The notes beneath the pieces are model-generated. The model ran no database searches and had not been told where the DNA came from. It was given only the letters and a program-made list of their open reading frames with translations. DNA of 64,000 bases, taken from positions 372,001 to 436,000 of the forward strand of contig JASANG010000443.1 of the NCBI GenBank assembly GCA_030248215.1, read 5' to 3'. Made by a program: the position numbers and the translations under genes. How positions within the stretch are numbered: position 1 is the first letter of the stretch; each line of letters begins with the position of its first letter. Below are positions 39,813 to 53,401 of this stretch, in pieces. The DNA comes from Enoplolaimus lenunculus (Eukaryota).

Positions 39813-40553
39813 CGTTTTGCCTTATAGGATAACCACTTGCTGAATGCTATAGCAACGGTCAAAACCCATTTTCTCGCTCGCAAAACTCGCTTGTCAAAAA
39901 CTTTTAAAGAACGTTTTTTACCTTTTCAAAATAATTTATATAATTAAGAATAATTTCACAAAAAAATTACTTCAAACAATTTCTAAATTAACAGATAAAA
40001 TTTAATAGCTATGTAATTTTTGTAAAATCTATATGAAACAATCAAATATATAAATATATTATTATACGTTTCCGAACCCAAAACTCACTAAACGACATTC
40101 CATTAAACTGGTACCGTTCAGCACTTTGAACCACTTTAAACTAGGCTCTCGAGGTGCCCTTAACTCAAGAGACACACGTCGAAATAGTATGTAGTCCACT
40201 GACCCTAAGGGAGTAAAATAACACTTCAGGAAGCTTCTAATGGTACGAACGATCATAAGTGTATATGTAGGGTAAAAACGAATATCTCCCTCACAAGGCA
40301 AGAGATAGCAGACATTTTTTCAAGCTTTAGAATAAATTGCACATTTTTGAATTGAAAAAATTTGTTACTGTATACGTTCGAACGCTTAAAAAATCGGCCA
40401 ATATATAGAACAAGGTCATAACAGTAGCATAAGGCTAAACCTAAGCCTAAACCTAAGCGGAAAAATGAGCTTATACCTAAGTCTAAAAAAGCTAAACAAA
40501 AAAAGTTCGTTTAAGGCTTAAGTTTTACTTTATTGCAGCATCACAGAAAAACA

Positions 40554-40749
40554 GGCCAATGTTACTTTAAGGGGCGTAACAGTAGATTAAGTGTATTTCT
40601 GAGCCTAAGTCTCTGCCTAAGCGTTGCAAAAATGAGTTCCTAAGCCTAAGCCTAAGCCTAAGCAAAAGCAAAAAATGTAATCTAAAATCTAAACCTACTC
40701 TTTTATGGACCCACCAGAATCCTGGACGCCCCTTAAAGTAACATGGGCC
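40554..40749. mobile_element. Subfamily B MITE nested in a subfamily A copy (host ~40396-40785)
   Basis: TSD GAAAAACA/GAAAAACG. The host resumes with gaaaaacgttccgctcttgatctttacac. Confidence 0.85.
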
Positions 40750-41480
40750 GAAAAACGTTCCGCTCTTGATCTTTACACGAGTCAATCGCTTTTAAATGAC
40801 AATACACCGCCTCGAAATGAAATCATGGCTTCGTTCAAAGAAAAATTACTCGAAAGTTCAGTAAAATAGAAATGGAATATTACATTTAATACAGCTGTGA
40901 ATATTTTTGGTTAGCCAGAAAAATGTAGGTAAGTGCCTTAATGGCCTATTTGGCATATTAGGTTTAAAGTGAAATTCTAAAACATAGTATTCTGGTTTAT
41001 ACTAACCCAGTAGGCAGATGTATAAACTTTTACAAAATTTTCAGTATTTACAAAATCATATTTTGAATGCTGGAAGCTCAACTGCGGGTTTCGAAGCCTG
41101 AGTAGTCAGAATCAAAGTTAAATTTAATTTCAGTTCAAATTTTAAATTTGGCTTCAAATTTCCGGTGTGAAATTTGTTTTCTTTTGAGCCATCGCAGTAT
41201 AAAATTAAGGTCGTGCATGTCGCTTAAAGAATGGAACAGTGTGCACTTGTGTAGTTTCCACCCACAGTGAAAAATTTAAGCTAACGTTAAAGCTTAGTTG
41301 TCGTCTTATACAGTTTACACTGCAAGAAATGGTGAGTCAAATTGACTCTCTCCGAAATAGGCTTTTCCTGACTTCACAAACTGAGTCAAAATTCGACTCC
41401 GCCAGAGTCAAATTGAGTCGAACTTGACTCTGGCTGAGTCAAATTTTAACTCAGTTTGTGTAGTCAAGAAAAGCATCTTC

Positions 41481-42148
41481 CAGAGAGTCAATTTGACTCA
41501 CCATTTTTTGCAGTGTACACTTAATATTAGAAATGTGCTTATACTACTGTTACCATCCTCAGCTATACATGCGCCCTTTGCGGGGGGAGAGGACGTTACC
41601 ACAATGGGGGGTAGCAACAAAACTGTCTAAGAGTGCCTATTTTTTGTCACATTTCTTGAAATTTCCGGAGGTTTTGGTATATATCCTGTTTATCATCCAT
41701 TCTATATTGACCTATACTGTTTAGTATAGTCAGCTCCGTTATTCTAAAACCGGTAAATGTGCCCCTGTTTTATATCCGTCAAAGAATTTTTTGGATGCCC
41801 CCCTGTGTATTCTCGTTGTACTCCTGGTTCGTTCAGTACAAACAAGAGTGCATAATACAAGAGTGTGCAACTCTTGGAGCTACGCATGGTACAAAATGTA
41901 CCACCGAGCGTTGCGTTTTTGACCGACCACCCTTGTTTATAGGGGTGCGTTATCACAGGAATACCCCTAAATTAAACTAAAAGAAGACCATGTTTGACGC
42001 CGCATACATAAAGTGCCATGGTTTGCACCGGATGAACTCCCCTTCTAAATAAAAGAGGAGAACGGCAAAAGTGCAACGCGTACCGGGTACATTCTTTTCT
42101 ACACAGAATATTTGCATACTCTTGTTGAAGTATGCATCATCCACTCTT
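41481..42148. repeat. Inverted duplication partner of 51775-52455
   Basis: Reverse-complement colinearity over ~670 bp, visible also as similar spurious ORFs on opposite strands. Confidence 0.9.
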
Positions 42149-42654
42149 GGTACAAACAAGTAGAAATACACACAGGTCAACGTAAGTGTTTTGAAACGCT
42201 ATTCGTCTGAAAACAATACCGAGTTGAAAACTCTGGTTTAGGTTCGATTATAATTGCTGGCTTGCAAGAACAAAACAAGGCTCCGGTACTTTTATAAACC
42301 AGTTGTGTGGAAAATATACATTTCGGAAATATTTACGGCTGAACGTTGTTAAGAACTGGTTAAATCAGGTTCATGATACTTGAAGGCCCATGTATAGAAC
42401 AGGACCGGATCGTTTTCCGGAAAAGCTGTAATAGAGTGAGTTTAAGCTTTACACTAAATTTTTTTGCTTAGACTTAGTGCTTAGGCTTACGCTTAAGCTG
42501 AGGTATATAGGCTCATCCTTACGCTTAGGCGTAGGCTTAGGCTTATGTTTAGGAATATGCTTATATTGCTGTTCCGGCACTGCTCTATACATGGGCCATA
42601 AGTACATGAATGCGTTAATGATAGCGGTATGCCTAGCAAGGTGTAACCGGATAT

Positions 42655-43341
42655 CTGTTTCCGTTTCCGTTATTTAGATCACTATCCGTTTCCGTTATTT
42701 TGATTTACTATCCGTTTGCGTTATTTTAATCACTATCCGTTTCCGTTATTTTCATCACCGTCCGTTTCGGTTATTTTGATCACTATCCGTTTCGGTTATT
42801 TTGATCACTATCCGTTTCCGTTATTTTGGTCACTATCCGTTTCGGTGTTTTGATCACTATCCGTTTCCGTTATTTTGATCACTATCCGTTTCGGTTATTT
42901 TGATCACTATCCGTTTGCGTTATTTTAATCACTATCCGTTTCCGTTATTTTCATCACCGTCCGTTTCGGTGTTTTGATCACTATCCGTTTCGGTTATTTT
43001 GATCACTATCCGTTTCTGTTATTTTGGTCACTATCCGTTTCGGTGTTTGATCACTATCCGTTTCGGTTATTTTGATCACTATCCGTTTCGGTTATTTTGG
43101 TCACTATCCGTTTCGGTGTTTTGATCACTATCCGTTTCCGTTATTTTGATCACTATCCGTTTCCGTTATTTTAATCACTATCCGTTTCCGTTATTTTGAT
43201 TTACTATTCGTTTCCGTTATTTTGATTTACTATCCGTTTCCGTTATTTTGATCACTATCCGTTTCCGTTATTTTAATCACTATCCGTTTCGGTTATTTTG
43301 ATCACTATCTGTTTCCGTTATTTTGATCACTATCCGTTTCC
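42655..43341. repeat. 25-bp minisatellite, ~27 units
   Basis: Unit TTATTTTGATCACTATCCGTTTC(C/G)G. It follows the element end ggtgtaaccggatatc. Confidence 0.95.
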
Positions 43342-44780
43342 ATGCTATGAATGAAAATATTTCGTTTACCAAAACGATTAAATCCTAGCACAAACTGGTA
43401 CATTTACCTAAGAATCAAAAATTAAATAAAGACCCAGAACGAAGGTTTTCAGATTGGCCCTTGATTTGGGTTCTTGATAGCGTAAAAATACCAAATTTAC
43501 CAGCTACAGAACTCCTAGTTGCCGTTATCAGCGAGTTAAACTCATTAATCTTTGCCGTGACATGCGTTCCGCAATTCAGAAAACAGACCTTATACTTTAA
43601 ATTTAGACAATTTGGGTTTAGGCTGAACTAATTTAGAAAAGCTCGATTGGCCTAAACGCTTGTTTCACTAGGAGCACCGGACGTCCTAAGGGGATACTAC
43701 CAATGTATAGAACAATGCCGTACAACAGTAGTATTAGCGTATTCCTAAGCTTTAGCCTAATAAAACGTAAGCCTAAGCGAAAAAATTATTTTAAAGCTTA
43801 AACCTTTTCTATTGCAGTCCCACAGAAGAACATACCGCTTCTGAACTTTACATGGGCCGATGCCTACGCCTAAGCGAATACCTGAGCCCAAACTAAAAAT
43901 AGACCTATGGAATGCGTCTAAGTTAAACCTGTTCATTCTTATAATTTTATTATACTTGGGCCAATGTTACTTTTACGTCCGTAACAGTAGATTAAGCATA
44001 TTGCTAAACCTAAGCCTAAACCTAAGCCTTGCAAAAGCGTATCATAGGCGTTAGCCTAAGCCTCAGCCCAAGTCTAAACAAAAAATGGAGTCTAGAATGT
44101 AAGCCTACTCTTTTAGAGACCCACAAGAAACCGGGACGGCCCTAACAGTAACATGGATCCCTAAGCCTAAGGCTAACCAAAATATTAGTCTATAATGCTT
44201 AAACTTGATCTATTGCAGTCGCGCAGAAAAACGTTCCGCCCTCGATCTTTACATGCGCCGGGAACACTAAAGTGTTAGTGCCAGCTGAATTCCGCTGGTA
44301 CCTTTCAAAATGGGTTGATTCTACGAAACGCCGTTTTGTTTCAATCTTCATTGTAGTGTGTGTCGCCTCTGAAATTTCTTGTCTTACAGTTCAAGAGTTT
44401 ACAGCGGAATCGGTTCGAAAACTTTATTTCAATGCTGGTATCATTGGGCTCAGGTTTCACTAAAAGCCATGAACGCATCGTTCAGTTGTCCTAAATTTGA
44501 CAGGTGCCCCTCCCAATCGTCTGGGAGAAATATCGCCTGCCTGTAAACTATTAACGATTGCGTCCCCTCTTAAAACATCTTTGGACCCCATTCAGTTTAA
44601 ATTGTGACGAACGGCTTTCAACGAATCGTTTTGGTTCCGGGATTTAAACCAACATTTGGGTCGCCTAAATTTGTGACAAGTTTTGACCCCAAAAAACGGT
44701 CACAACTTCAACTAAAATGCCACTGATTAGTCTGGTTAGCCGGCGTCTCTGGCTAAAGTTGCTGGCTGGTTTCGTTTCAG

Positions 44781-44800
44781 GGGTGAAGATGGAAAATGTT
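44781..44800 (+). other. Candidate 20-nt micro-exon
   Basis: tttcgtttcag|GGGTGAAGATGGAAAATGTT|gtgagt, with consensus nematode acceptor and donor. No partner exons were identified. Confidence 0.3.
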
Positions 44801-45824
44801 GTGAGTCAGCAATAAAATTAGCAACAAGTGAAACTTGGTAAAAGCACTCTTATAACGTCACAGGGTCCGTTGTTACACTGTAAATTTCAGTGAGTTGATT
44901 TTAACTCAGAATGAGTTGAATCGCTCAGTCTGAGTTAGCACTATCAGAACTCAGAATTTTGAGTTGATTCAATTCATTCAGAGTTAATTATCAAACTCGC
45001 TCAGAGTCAACACAACTCAGAGTGAGAATCGACTCAACTCAGCAGAGTAAGTTAATGTTTACTGATGTTAATTGAGAAATAACCAACTCGCTAGCTGAAT
45101 TTATTAATCAACTCATTGGATGTTCAAGTGTAATGTTCACCAATTGAAAAGGTACTAATTACCCTTTGTTTCGCGTCTCCAACTACTCGTGATCAATCTA
45201 ATTTGGCCATAGATGGTTTATGACGCAGCTTTGTGGACATATTCCGAGCAATTTTGCTCTCTGAAAGATAAGGGGTGTAAGGTGCAACTGGAACTTGTTC
45301 AGCCCTTCCGTAAAACGCGATTTCGATAGATTGCAATAGTTTCCCCTATACAATACCGTATATTTCCTACACTGTAAATTCAAATGAGTTAATTAATCAA
45401 CACAGCTAAAGAGTTAAGCTATTTCAGAGTTAATAACAGTAAACATTAACTCACTCCGAGTTGAGTTGATACCCGCTCTGAGTTCAATTGATTCCGGTGA
45501 AGTTGAATAATTTAATCAGAGTGAGCTTTATTGACTCAGAATTGTGAGCTTTGATAGTCGTAACTTAGACTGAGTGATTCCACTCATACTGAGCTAAAAA
45601 TCAACTCACTGGGATTTACAGTGTAAGACAAAGTTTAGGCTAAGTCGGGACTTAGGTTTATACTCAGGCTTAAACTTAGGATTAAACTTAAGCATAGGTT
45701 TAAGTTAAGCCTAGTCGACTTTTTGTGGGGGGAAATATACAACTATATTTTAACACACCACGAAAAATTTCGGAGGTCAGAATTGCTCTCTACCTCTGCC
45801 AGAAAGTATAATCGGTATTTGAAC

Positions 45825-46070
45825 TGTCTGTCTAGGTAGGTACCGGGACTTCCAACATTTTTGCTTAAGCAGCCGAAAATGTGGGTTAAAGGTGGTTTCA
45901 AACTAGCGACCTACGATTCCTTAAGCAAACGCTTTCCTACTGCGCCACGCTGCCCGCCTCGTCAACTGCTTTTATTGTGAACTCTAATGGTAGAGACGTA
46001 TGCTGACTGTTAGTATACAACACAATACTGCATACATTGCATATACACCGGAACAAGCATATTTCACATA
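45825..46070 (-). mobile_element. Diverged fourth copy of the tRNA-bearing LTR-like family
   Basis: Shares tgtc.gtctaggtagg.accgggactt, ctgcgccacgctgcccgcct and caagcat.tttcacat. Its end is disrupted by a CACTG MITE; no TSD is readable. Confidence 0.65.
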
Positions 46071-49000
46071 CGCTGCAAAAAATGTGAGTCATATTGACTC
46101 TCTCCGAAATAGGCTCTACGGGACTTCAGAAACTGATTCAAATTCAACTCCGCCAGAGTCAAATACGACTCTGGCGGAGTCGAATTTGGCTCAGTTTGTG
46201 TCGTCCTGTAGAGCCGATTTCGGAGAGAGTCAATGTGACTCACCGTTTTTTGCAGTGTATGAGCAATATATTTGAATCAATTTAGATAATTCAAAACCGG
46301 TATACTGCTTGTGAAACGGATGCACTAAAGTTTTGCCTCAGCAATCCATCAAATATGAACACAAAAAAGTATTTCTGAATATATTCAGAAAAGTATTTTC
46401 TGCGACAAATCTGACAAGTTTTTCTGAAATTTAAGACAATTTTTCCAAAAAATAAGTTTTAAAGCGTTTATTTTCAGACTTTTGTTATAATAGAAACACT
46501 TTTCAAATGCACCATGCTAATTGTATTTCTTAAATATGAGAAATTTTTTTCTTAAATAAAAGAAATATTATTTTGAGTGCGCTACGTTACCATCAAACTC
46601 TAAAGTAAAGTCACGCATCTGCAACTCAGCCAATTTAACACATAATTATCTTAAATTTCAGACATATCATCACAGTATATTTTAAGACATTTTTTCGATT
46701 GACACTAAAGCGTTGTGACAACACAAGTTGTTGTTTCTAAAATTCTCAAAATACTTTACTAATTTTACTACAAAACATTAATTCACACAAATTTGTTGTA
46801 TACTTTGTGCTAAACTGCGTCTAAGATTTTTCATAAACTCAAATTTTAAAGATATTATCTTTGTCACCTGTAACTGATATATACTGTCTGATACAAGGGC
46901 CAATGTGTCATATTTGGGTCGAAGCCGTAGTAGAAGCATATTTCTTAGCCGGAGAAAAAAAATTAGTCTAAAGATCAAACTTATACTACACAGCGGTCGT
47001 ATGAAGAAACAGTTAGCCTCTGATTTATAGATTTGGCCGGTGCGATTCTGGGCTATGCATAGATCAGGGCCGGATCGTTTTTCTGCAGCAATACAATAGA
47101 CCAAGCTTAAGCTTTAGACTGATTTTTCGTTTAGGTTTAGGCGCTTAATTTTAGGCTTAAGCTTAGTTATCAGCTTATCTTTGCTCTTAGGCTTAGGTTT
47201 ACGCTTAGGAATATGTCTGCGCTATTCTGTTATGGCCGTGTTATATACATTGGCCGACATTTTCGATCTAAACACTATATTTAAAAAGTATACACTGGAA
47301 AATCCAGTGAGGTAGTGTTAACTCAGAATGAGCTGAATCCACTCAGAGGTCTGAGCTTTGATTTAGGTCTTTTACAACTCAGAATTCTGAATTGTTTGAA
47401 CTCATTTTGAGTTAATCAACTAATTCAGAATGAAATCAGCTCAGAGTGAGTTAATGTTTACTGTTACATTTTAGGAATATTCAGAAAAGACTAATTCGCT
47501 CTCTGAATTTGAATTAATTAATCAACGCATCGGAATTGATTTGAATGGTTAGTCGTAGCTTAATTTTTCTGCTTCAAACCCAACGGAATGAGTACAATTA
47601 CTTAAAGGCTTCAATTTTACATACACTGTAAATTCAGATGAGTTGATTAATCAACTCAGAGAGCGAATTAGTCATTTCAAGTTATTCCTGAGTTAATAAC
47701 AAGAAAAATCTACTCGCTTTCAGCTGATTTAGTTTCAGTTGAGTTGATTCATTTACTCAGAATGAGTTTAATCAATTCACAATTCTGAGTTCTGGAAGAC
47801 CTTATTCATAGTTCAGGCTTCTGTGTGGATTCAACACAGTCCGAGTTAAAATCAACTCACCAGAATTTACAGTGATAAACAAAAAAATAGCTTCTTACAA
47901 ATATGTGAGCAGCGGAAACGACTCAAAAAATGAAATTAATTTGCAAGAAAAGCGCTCAGGTGGCTTATTTACGGTACACTGGGAAGTGACTATTTTCGCT
48001 GGACCAAAAATGTGGTCCAGGTTTAATTTCAGGAGGTTCATATAACCTCTTGTAAAACATTTCGCTAGCAAGCAAACATAATTTCTTCAACCCCTACAAT
48101 TCAGAAGGTTATTCTACACTGTAAATTTCAATGAGTTAATTAATCAACTCAGACGGAAAGTTAGTTATTTTTGAATTTAATAACAGTAAAATGTAACTTA
48201 CTGTGAGTTGAGTTGATTCCAGTAGATATGATCAATTAAATCAGTATCAGTTGAATCAAGTCAGAATTCTTAGTTCTGATAGTCCCAACTTAGACTGAGT
48301 GATTTAACTCATTTTGAGTTGAAATCAACTCACTGGAATTTACGCTATTTAAAATTGTTTTTATTACTTTTCTGGAACTTGCATCACTGTAACTTTCATT
48401 GAGTTGATTTTAACACAGAATGAGTTGAATTACTCAGCCTGAGTTAGGACTATCAGAACTCAGAATTTTGAGTTGATTGAATTCATTCAGAGTTAATTTA
48501 TCAACTCACCCAGAGTCAACTCAACTCAGAGTAAGAATCAACTCAACTCAGAGTGAGTTCATTTTGGCTGATATTAATTCAGAAATAACCCAACTCGCTA
48601 GCTGAATTGATTAATCAACTCGTTGAAATTTACAGTGATGGGGGACGTGTATCATGCGACACCCTTTGTAAATGCCGACTCCGTTTAGGCTGCTTTGTTT
48701 TGAATATATTTTGCCGGCGGCTTACGCCGTATATATTTACGCATTGGGCATCAAAATAGCGAATATCCTCTAAGGAACAATAAACAAAAACTGCCCAGAT
48801 ATATCAATAAATCTTCACAATCTAATCAAATTTTTACTTTTCAGTTTTGCAAAACCAAAACATCCTTGCTTCATTGAAACGAGGGTTCGTGTATCAATTG
48901 CTCGTAGTGCCGTAGCCGGCTTGAGGGGTGCACTCCTCCCAGAAATTCCGGGGTGGGGGCCCTTTGCGATGATCGAAATGTTTTTCAAACTTTTTGTTTA

Positions 49001-49790
49001 TAACCTTGTTAGTCTGGGGGTACTCTGGGCCCCCAAATGGGAGTACGGGGTGGCTGCTCCGACTCTGATTGCTAGAGTACCAAGATCTGACGTATACAAC
49101 CCGTAGCGAACGTTAAGCGTTATTCTCAGCCTAATGCTAATCATTGATCTAAGCCTAAGCTTAAAACGCTTATCATGAATCGTCGCTTATATACTGTTTC
49201 CATTTTTAGTTGGGCTTAAGCAGGGGGTCCGCAGAAAACAATATTTGGGGGGGTACCAATAATGAGTGTCCCCTACAATTGCAATTCAAGATTGTTTACA
49301 TTTTAGACCAAGTCTGTTTGAAGGGCACCAGTCAAGTTTAGGGGGCACGGCGCTCCCCTGTGCCCTCCTCTTGCAGACTCCCTTAAGTTTAAGTTTAGGT
49401 TTAGCAAAAGGCTTTACCTATTGCGTAAACCTAATTGTATGCCTAAAGCTCTTGGCTACTAAGCCTAAGCGAAAAGCCTTATCCTTGACTGTGGAAGCGG
49501 TGCACAAGAACTTGTGAGCTTAGTCCTAAGTCTAATCATTACTCTAAGCTTAAGCTAAATCCTAATTCTAAGCGCCAGTCTAAGCTTAAACAAAATAGCT
49601 TTAATATCAAATGTGGTAAAATAAAGAAACTAGCATAACAGGGCCGTAACAGTAGTATAAAGCGTATTCCTTAGCCTAAGCTTAAGCCTAAGCGTTAGAA
49701 TGCTCTTATACCAAAGCCTAAGCTTAAGCGTAAGAATCCGCTTATACCAAAGCCTAAGCTTAAGCGTAAGAATGAGCTTATACCAAAGCC

Positions 49791-49986
49791 GGCCCATGTT
49801 ACTTTAAGGGGCGTCCAGATTTCTGGTGGGTTTATAAAATGATAGGTTTAGATTCTAGATTACATTTTTTGCTTAGGCTTAGACTTAGGCTTAAGCTTAG
49901 GCTAGGAACATTTGTAACGCCTAGGCTTAGGCTTAGGTTAGGAATACGTTTAATCTACTGTTACGCCCCTAAAAGTAACATTGACC
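49791..49986. mobile_element. Subfamily B MITE nested in a subfamily A copy
   Basis: TSD CCAAAGCC/CCAAAGAC; B-type TIRs. Confidence 0.85.
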
Positions 49987-50435
49987 CCAAAGACTGAGGC
50001 CTTAGAGTAAGGATGAGCTTATACCTATGCCTAAAGCCAAAGCAGAAAAATAGCCTAAAGCTTATGCTTACTCTAGCTAATCTTTATATAGGTCGCCTTG
50101 ACAGTTCTAGGACCCTACTGTTGCACGGTTCGTTCGTGCTTTCGCGTCGAACCAGAAATTCCTAAAAGGAACCAGAAAAGCTCAACTTTGCCTCTGACCA
50201 ATCTGATTCAATTATGCTACAAGTGACCCACAGTAATTTCAAATTAAATTATAACCTTCAAACCCGATGCGAGAGTGGACAAAGTCCACAGACTACGAAT
50301 GGTGGGTAAAGCATCTCTAACGATGATTGCGTTTGTTTCCGTTTCCGGATGAGCTTTGAAGTGGCATAAATTGACATTTGTCCGTCAAAGTGCAATGAGT
50401 AAAGCAGGACTTCATTTTCGAAACTGATAGCTTAA

Positions 50436-50698
50436 CCCTTTCTCACATGAATATTTTCTATTTTCCGTGAAACCTACTTTTATGCTAGGATTCGAACTCC
50501 TGTGACTGGAGTGGGAGGCGTATACGATCACCACTCAGCTATAGGAGCTTGACGCTCGAGCCCGAGGGGGCTCTCATGTCTTGTGGTGATTTAGTATTAT
50601 GTATACGTGTTGCAATTGTTAAACACGGTGCTATATATACTATTTAACGTATATACACTGCGCTGAATTGCCTATAGGCAACTCAATGTGAGAAGGGG
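50436..50698. mobile_element. Second copy of the piggyBac-like MITE
   Basis: TTAA|CCCTTTCTCACAT...ATGTGAGAAGGGG|TTAA, colinear with 20626-20892. A probable end fragment lies at ~59606. Confidence 0.85.
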
Positions 50699-51081
50699 TT
50701 AAAGTAAAATTTTTGCAAATTTACACAAAAGCGAATGAAAACTACCGGAGCCGGAGATCAATGAAACTTGCCAAAGATGGACCCGGAGGTAAACCGGAGT
50801 AGGCAAAATTAAATAGTTAAAATGATGTTTAATTTGTTAATTTTAGCACATATTAGTGATGTGTTGCTAAATCGTTTGCTTTTGCGCATATTTTTAATGA
50901 AATCTTGGACATTTCTTTCTCAAAATCGTGCCCAAAGTTAAAACGAAACACGCCAAACAGGTAAATTTTGTAAAATTATGCAAAATTTGACTACCGAAAT
51001 TGCCGGATCATCCGTCAAAAATTTTACCAGAGCCAGAACCGGAAGTCGATTTTCCGTCGAAACCGGAGCCTTTGATACGTT

Positions 51082-51292
51082 GGCCCATGAAAAGATCAGG
51101 AGCGGAACGTTTCTCTGTGGCACTGCAATAGAGCAAGCTTAAGCTTTAAACTCATTTTTTGGCTTGGCTTAGGCGTTGACTTAGGCTTAACAATAGGCTC
51201 ATCATTACGGTTGGTCATAGGCTTAGGCTTAGGCTTAGACTTAGGAATATGCTTATAATACTGTTCCGTCCCTGTTCTTTACATTGGCGGCC
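51082..51292. mobile_element. GGCC-ended telomere-repeat MITE, subfamily A2
   Basis: TSD GATACGTT/GATAGGTT; same TIRs and body as other A2 copies. Confidence 0.85.
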
Positions 51293-53401
51293 GATAGGTT
51301 CACAGTTTTCGACACGCGTGTTTAGCTATTCGATGTGTTTATAATGTCAAACTATGAAATTACAAAACCTATTTTCAGTTTTCACAACCAAGCAAGCATA
51401 AAACTGCTGAACCTTACTTGGAAACGGCAATAAAAATACGCCAAAATTGGTGGGTAATTTTGAATAATTTTTGTGACAATAAAATTGCGTGATCGGTTCA
51501 AAAAATAAGATAATAAGAATTAAAATAGAAATGATCCTAAATTTCAAAATGCATTTTTTGTTACTAAAACCACACAGAAAAAAGTATTTCTGAATTTACT
51601 CAGAAAAGTATTTTCTGTGGCAAATCTGACAAATTTTTCTGATATTTAAGACAATTTTTCAAAAAATAACTGGAAAATGTTTATTTACAAACTTTATTTC
51701 TAAACTTTTCTGAAATCTTTTCTGTTATAACAGAAATATATTTCAAGTGCACATTGCTAATTATATATTTCTTAAAGAGTGGATGACGCATACTTCAACA
51801 AGAGTGTGCAACTGGGTACATTCTGTGTAGATAATAATGTACCCGGCACGCGTTGTGTTTTCGGCCACCCCTCCCTCATTCAGAGGGGGGTATAACCGGT
51901 GCGAACCATGTCACTTTATGTATTTGGCGTCAAACATGCTCCCCATATGGTTTAATTTAGGATATTCATGTGATAGCAACCCTCGTCTAAACAAGGGGGT
52001 GTTGGTCCAAAAACGCAACATCCGGTGGTACATTTTGTACCATGCGTAGCCCCAAGAGTTGCACACTCTTGTATTATGCACTCTTGTTTGTACTGAACGA
52101 ACCAGGAGTACAACGAGAATACACAGGGGGGGGGCATCCAAAAAATTCCTTGACGGATTTAAAACAGGAGCACATTTACTGGTTTTAGAACAACGGAGCT
52201 GCCTACACTTGACGGCATAGGACAATATAGAATGGATGATAAACAGGATACATACCAAAACCTCCCGAAATTTCAAGAAATGTGACAAAAAAATAGGCAC
52301 TCTTAGACAGTTTTGTTGCTACCCCCCAGTGTGGTAACATCCTCTCCCCCAGCAAAGGGCGCATGTATAGCTGAGGATGGTAACAGTAGTATAAGCATAT
52401 TTCTAATATTAAGGGTACACTGCGAAAAAATGGTGAGTCAAATTGACTCTCTCTGATTTTTTTCGCTTGACTGCAATAGAGTAAGCTTAAACTTTAACGA
52501 GTTATGTTACCTTAGGTTTACGCTTATCCTTGAACTCAGGCGTGGTTTTAAGCTAAGACTTAATAAGTTTAGCAATAGGCTTATACTACTGTTACGGCCC
52601 AATTCTATACAATGACCATTTTAACCGTCAAAATTTATCACACCCCATATTTGATACCAGCGGCGTGTATATATTGTGGTATATGTAATCTGTTAGCTAG
52701 CTAGGGCCAATTGTGATTGACCTGAAACGTCCAAATCCTTTAAAACCGGTCGTGCCGTTGGTGCGACTAAAATTGCACTGTACCCACAAAACCGAGAAAC
52801 GGGGGCTTTTGTCATTCTGAATTTCAAATATAAGACTTTACGTTGACCTAAACCGAGTTTCGACAGCCAATTTTTATTTTAAAAACAAGATTCGAAAACT
52901 ATTTTGAAACTTCATTTTGTCGGAAACTTTGTCGCTTCAAACATAATCAAAGCATAATGAATAATTTAAAACAAATAGAAACAATACAGTCAATATTCAT
53001 GATTGATTAAGTGGTAAAGTGTATTAGACAAGTTACCACTGAGCGAGGGTAAATTAATATGCCTAGAGGGCATCTGAAATAATATATTCTAGTTACTTTT
53101 CGAAATTTGAGCATTCACTGCAAAAAATGATGAGCCAAACTGGCTCTCTCTGAAATAGGCTGTATGGCTCTACACAAACAAAGTCAAATTCGAGTTCTCG
53201 CCAGAGTCAATCGTGCGACTAAGTGAGTCGAATTTGACTCTAGCGGAGTCGAATTTGACTTTGTTAGTTTAGTCCCGTAGAGCCTATTTTGGAGAGGGTC
53301 AATTTGATTTACCATTTTTTGCAGTGTACAAGCGTACCGGTAGTAACATTTTCAACTTGTTATATATGCAGCCAGCAAGAGACCGGAGCCGCTGCCTTGT
53401 A

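Noticed and set aside
41744..42180. Apparently conserved paralogous ORFs here and at 51837-52300
   Set aside because: The similarity comes from the DNA-level inverted duplication, and the frames are not preserved.
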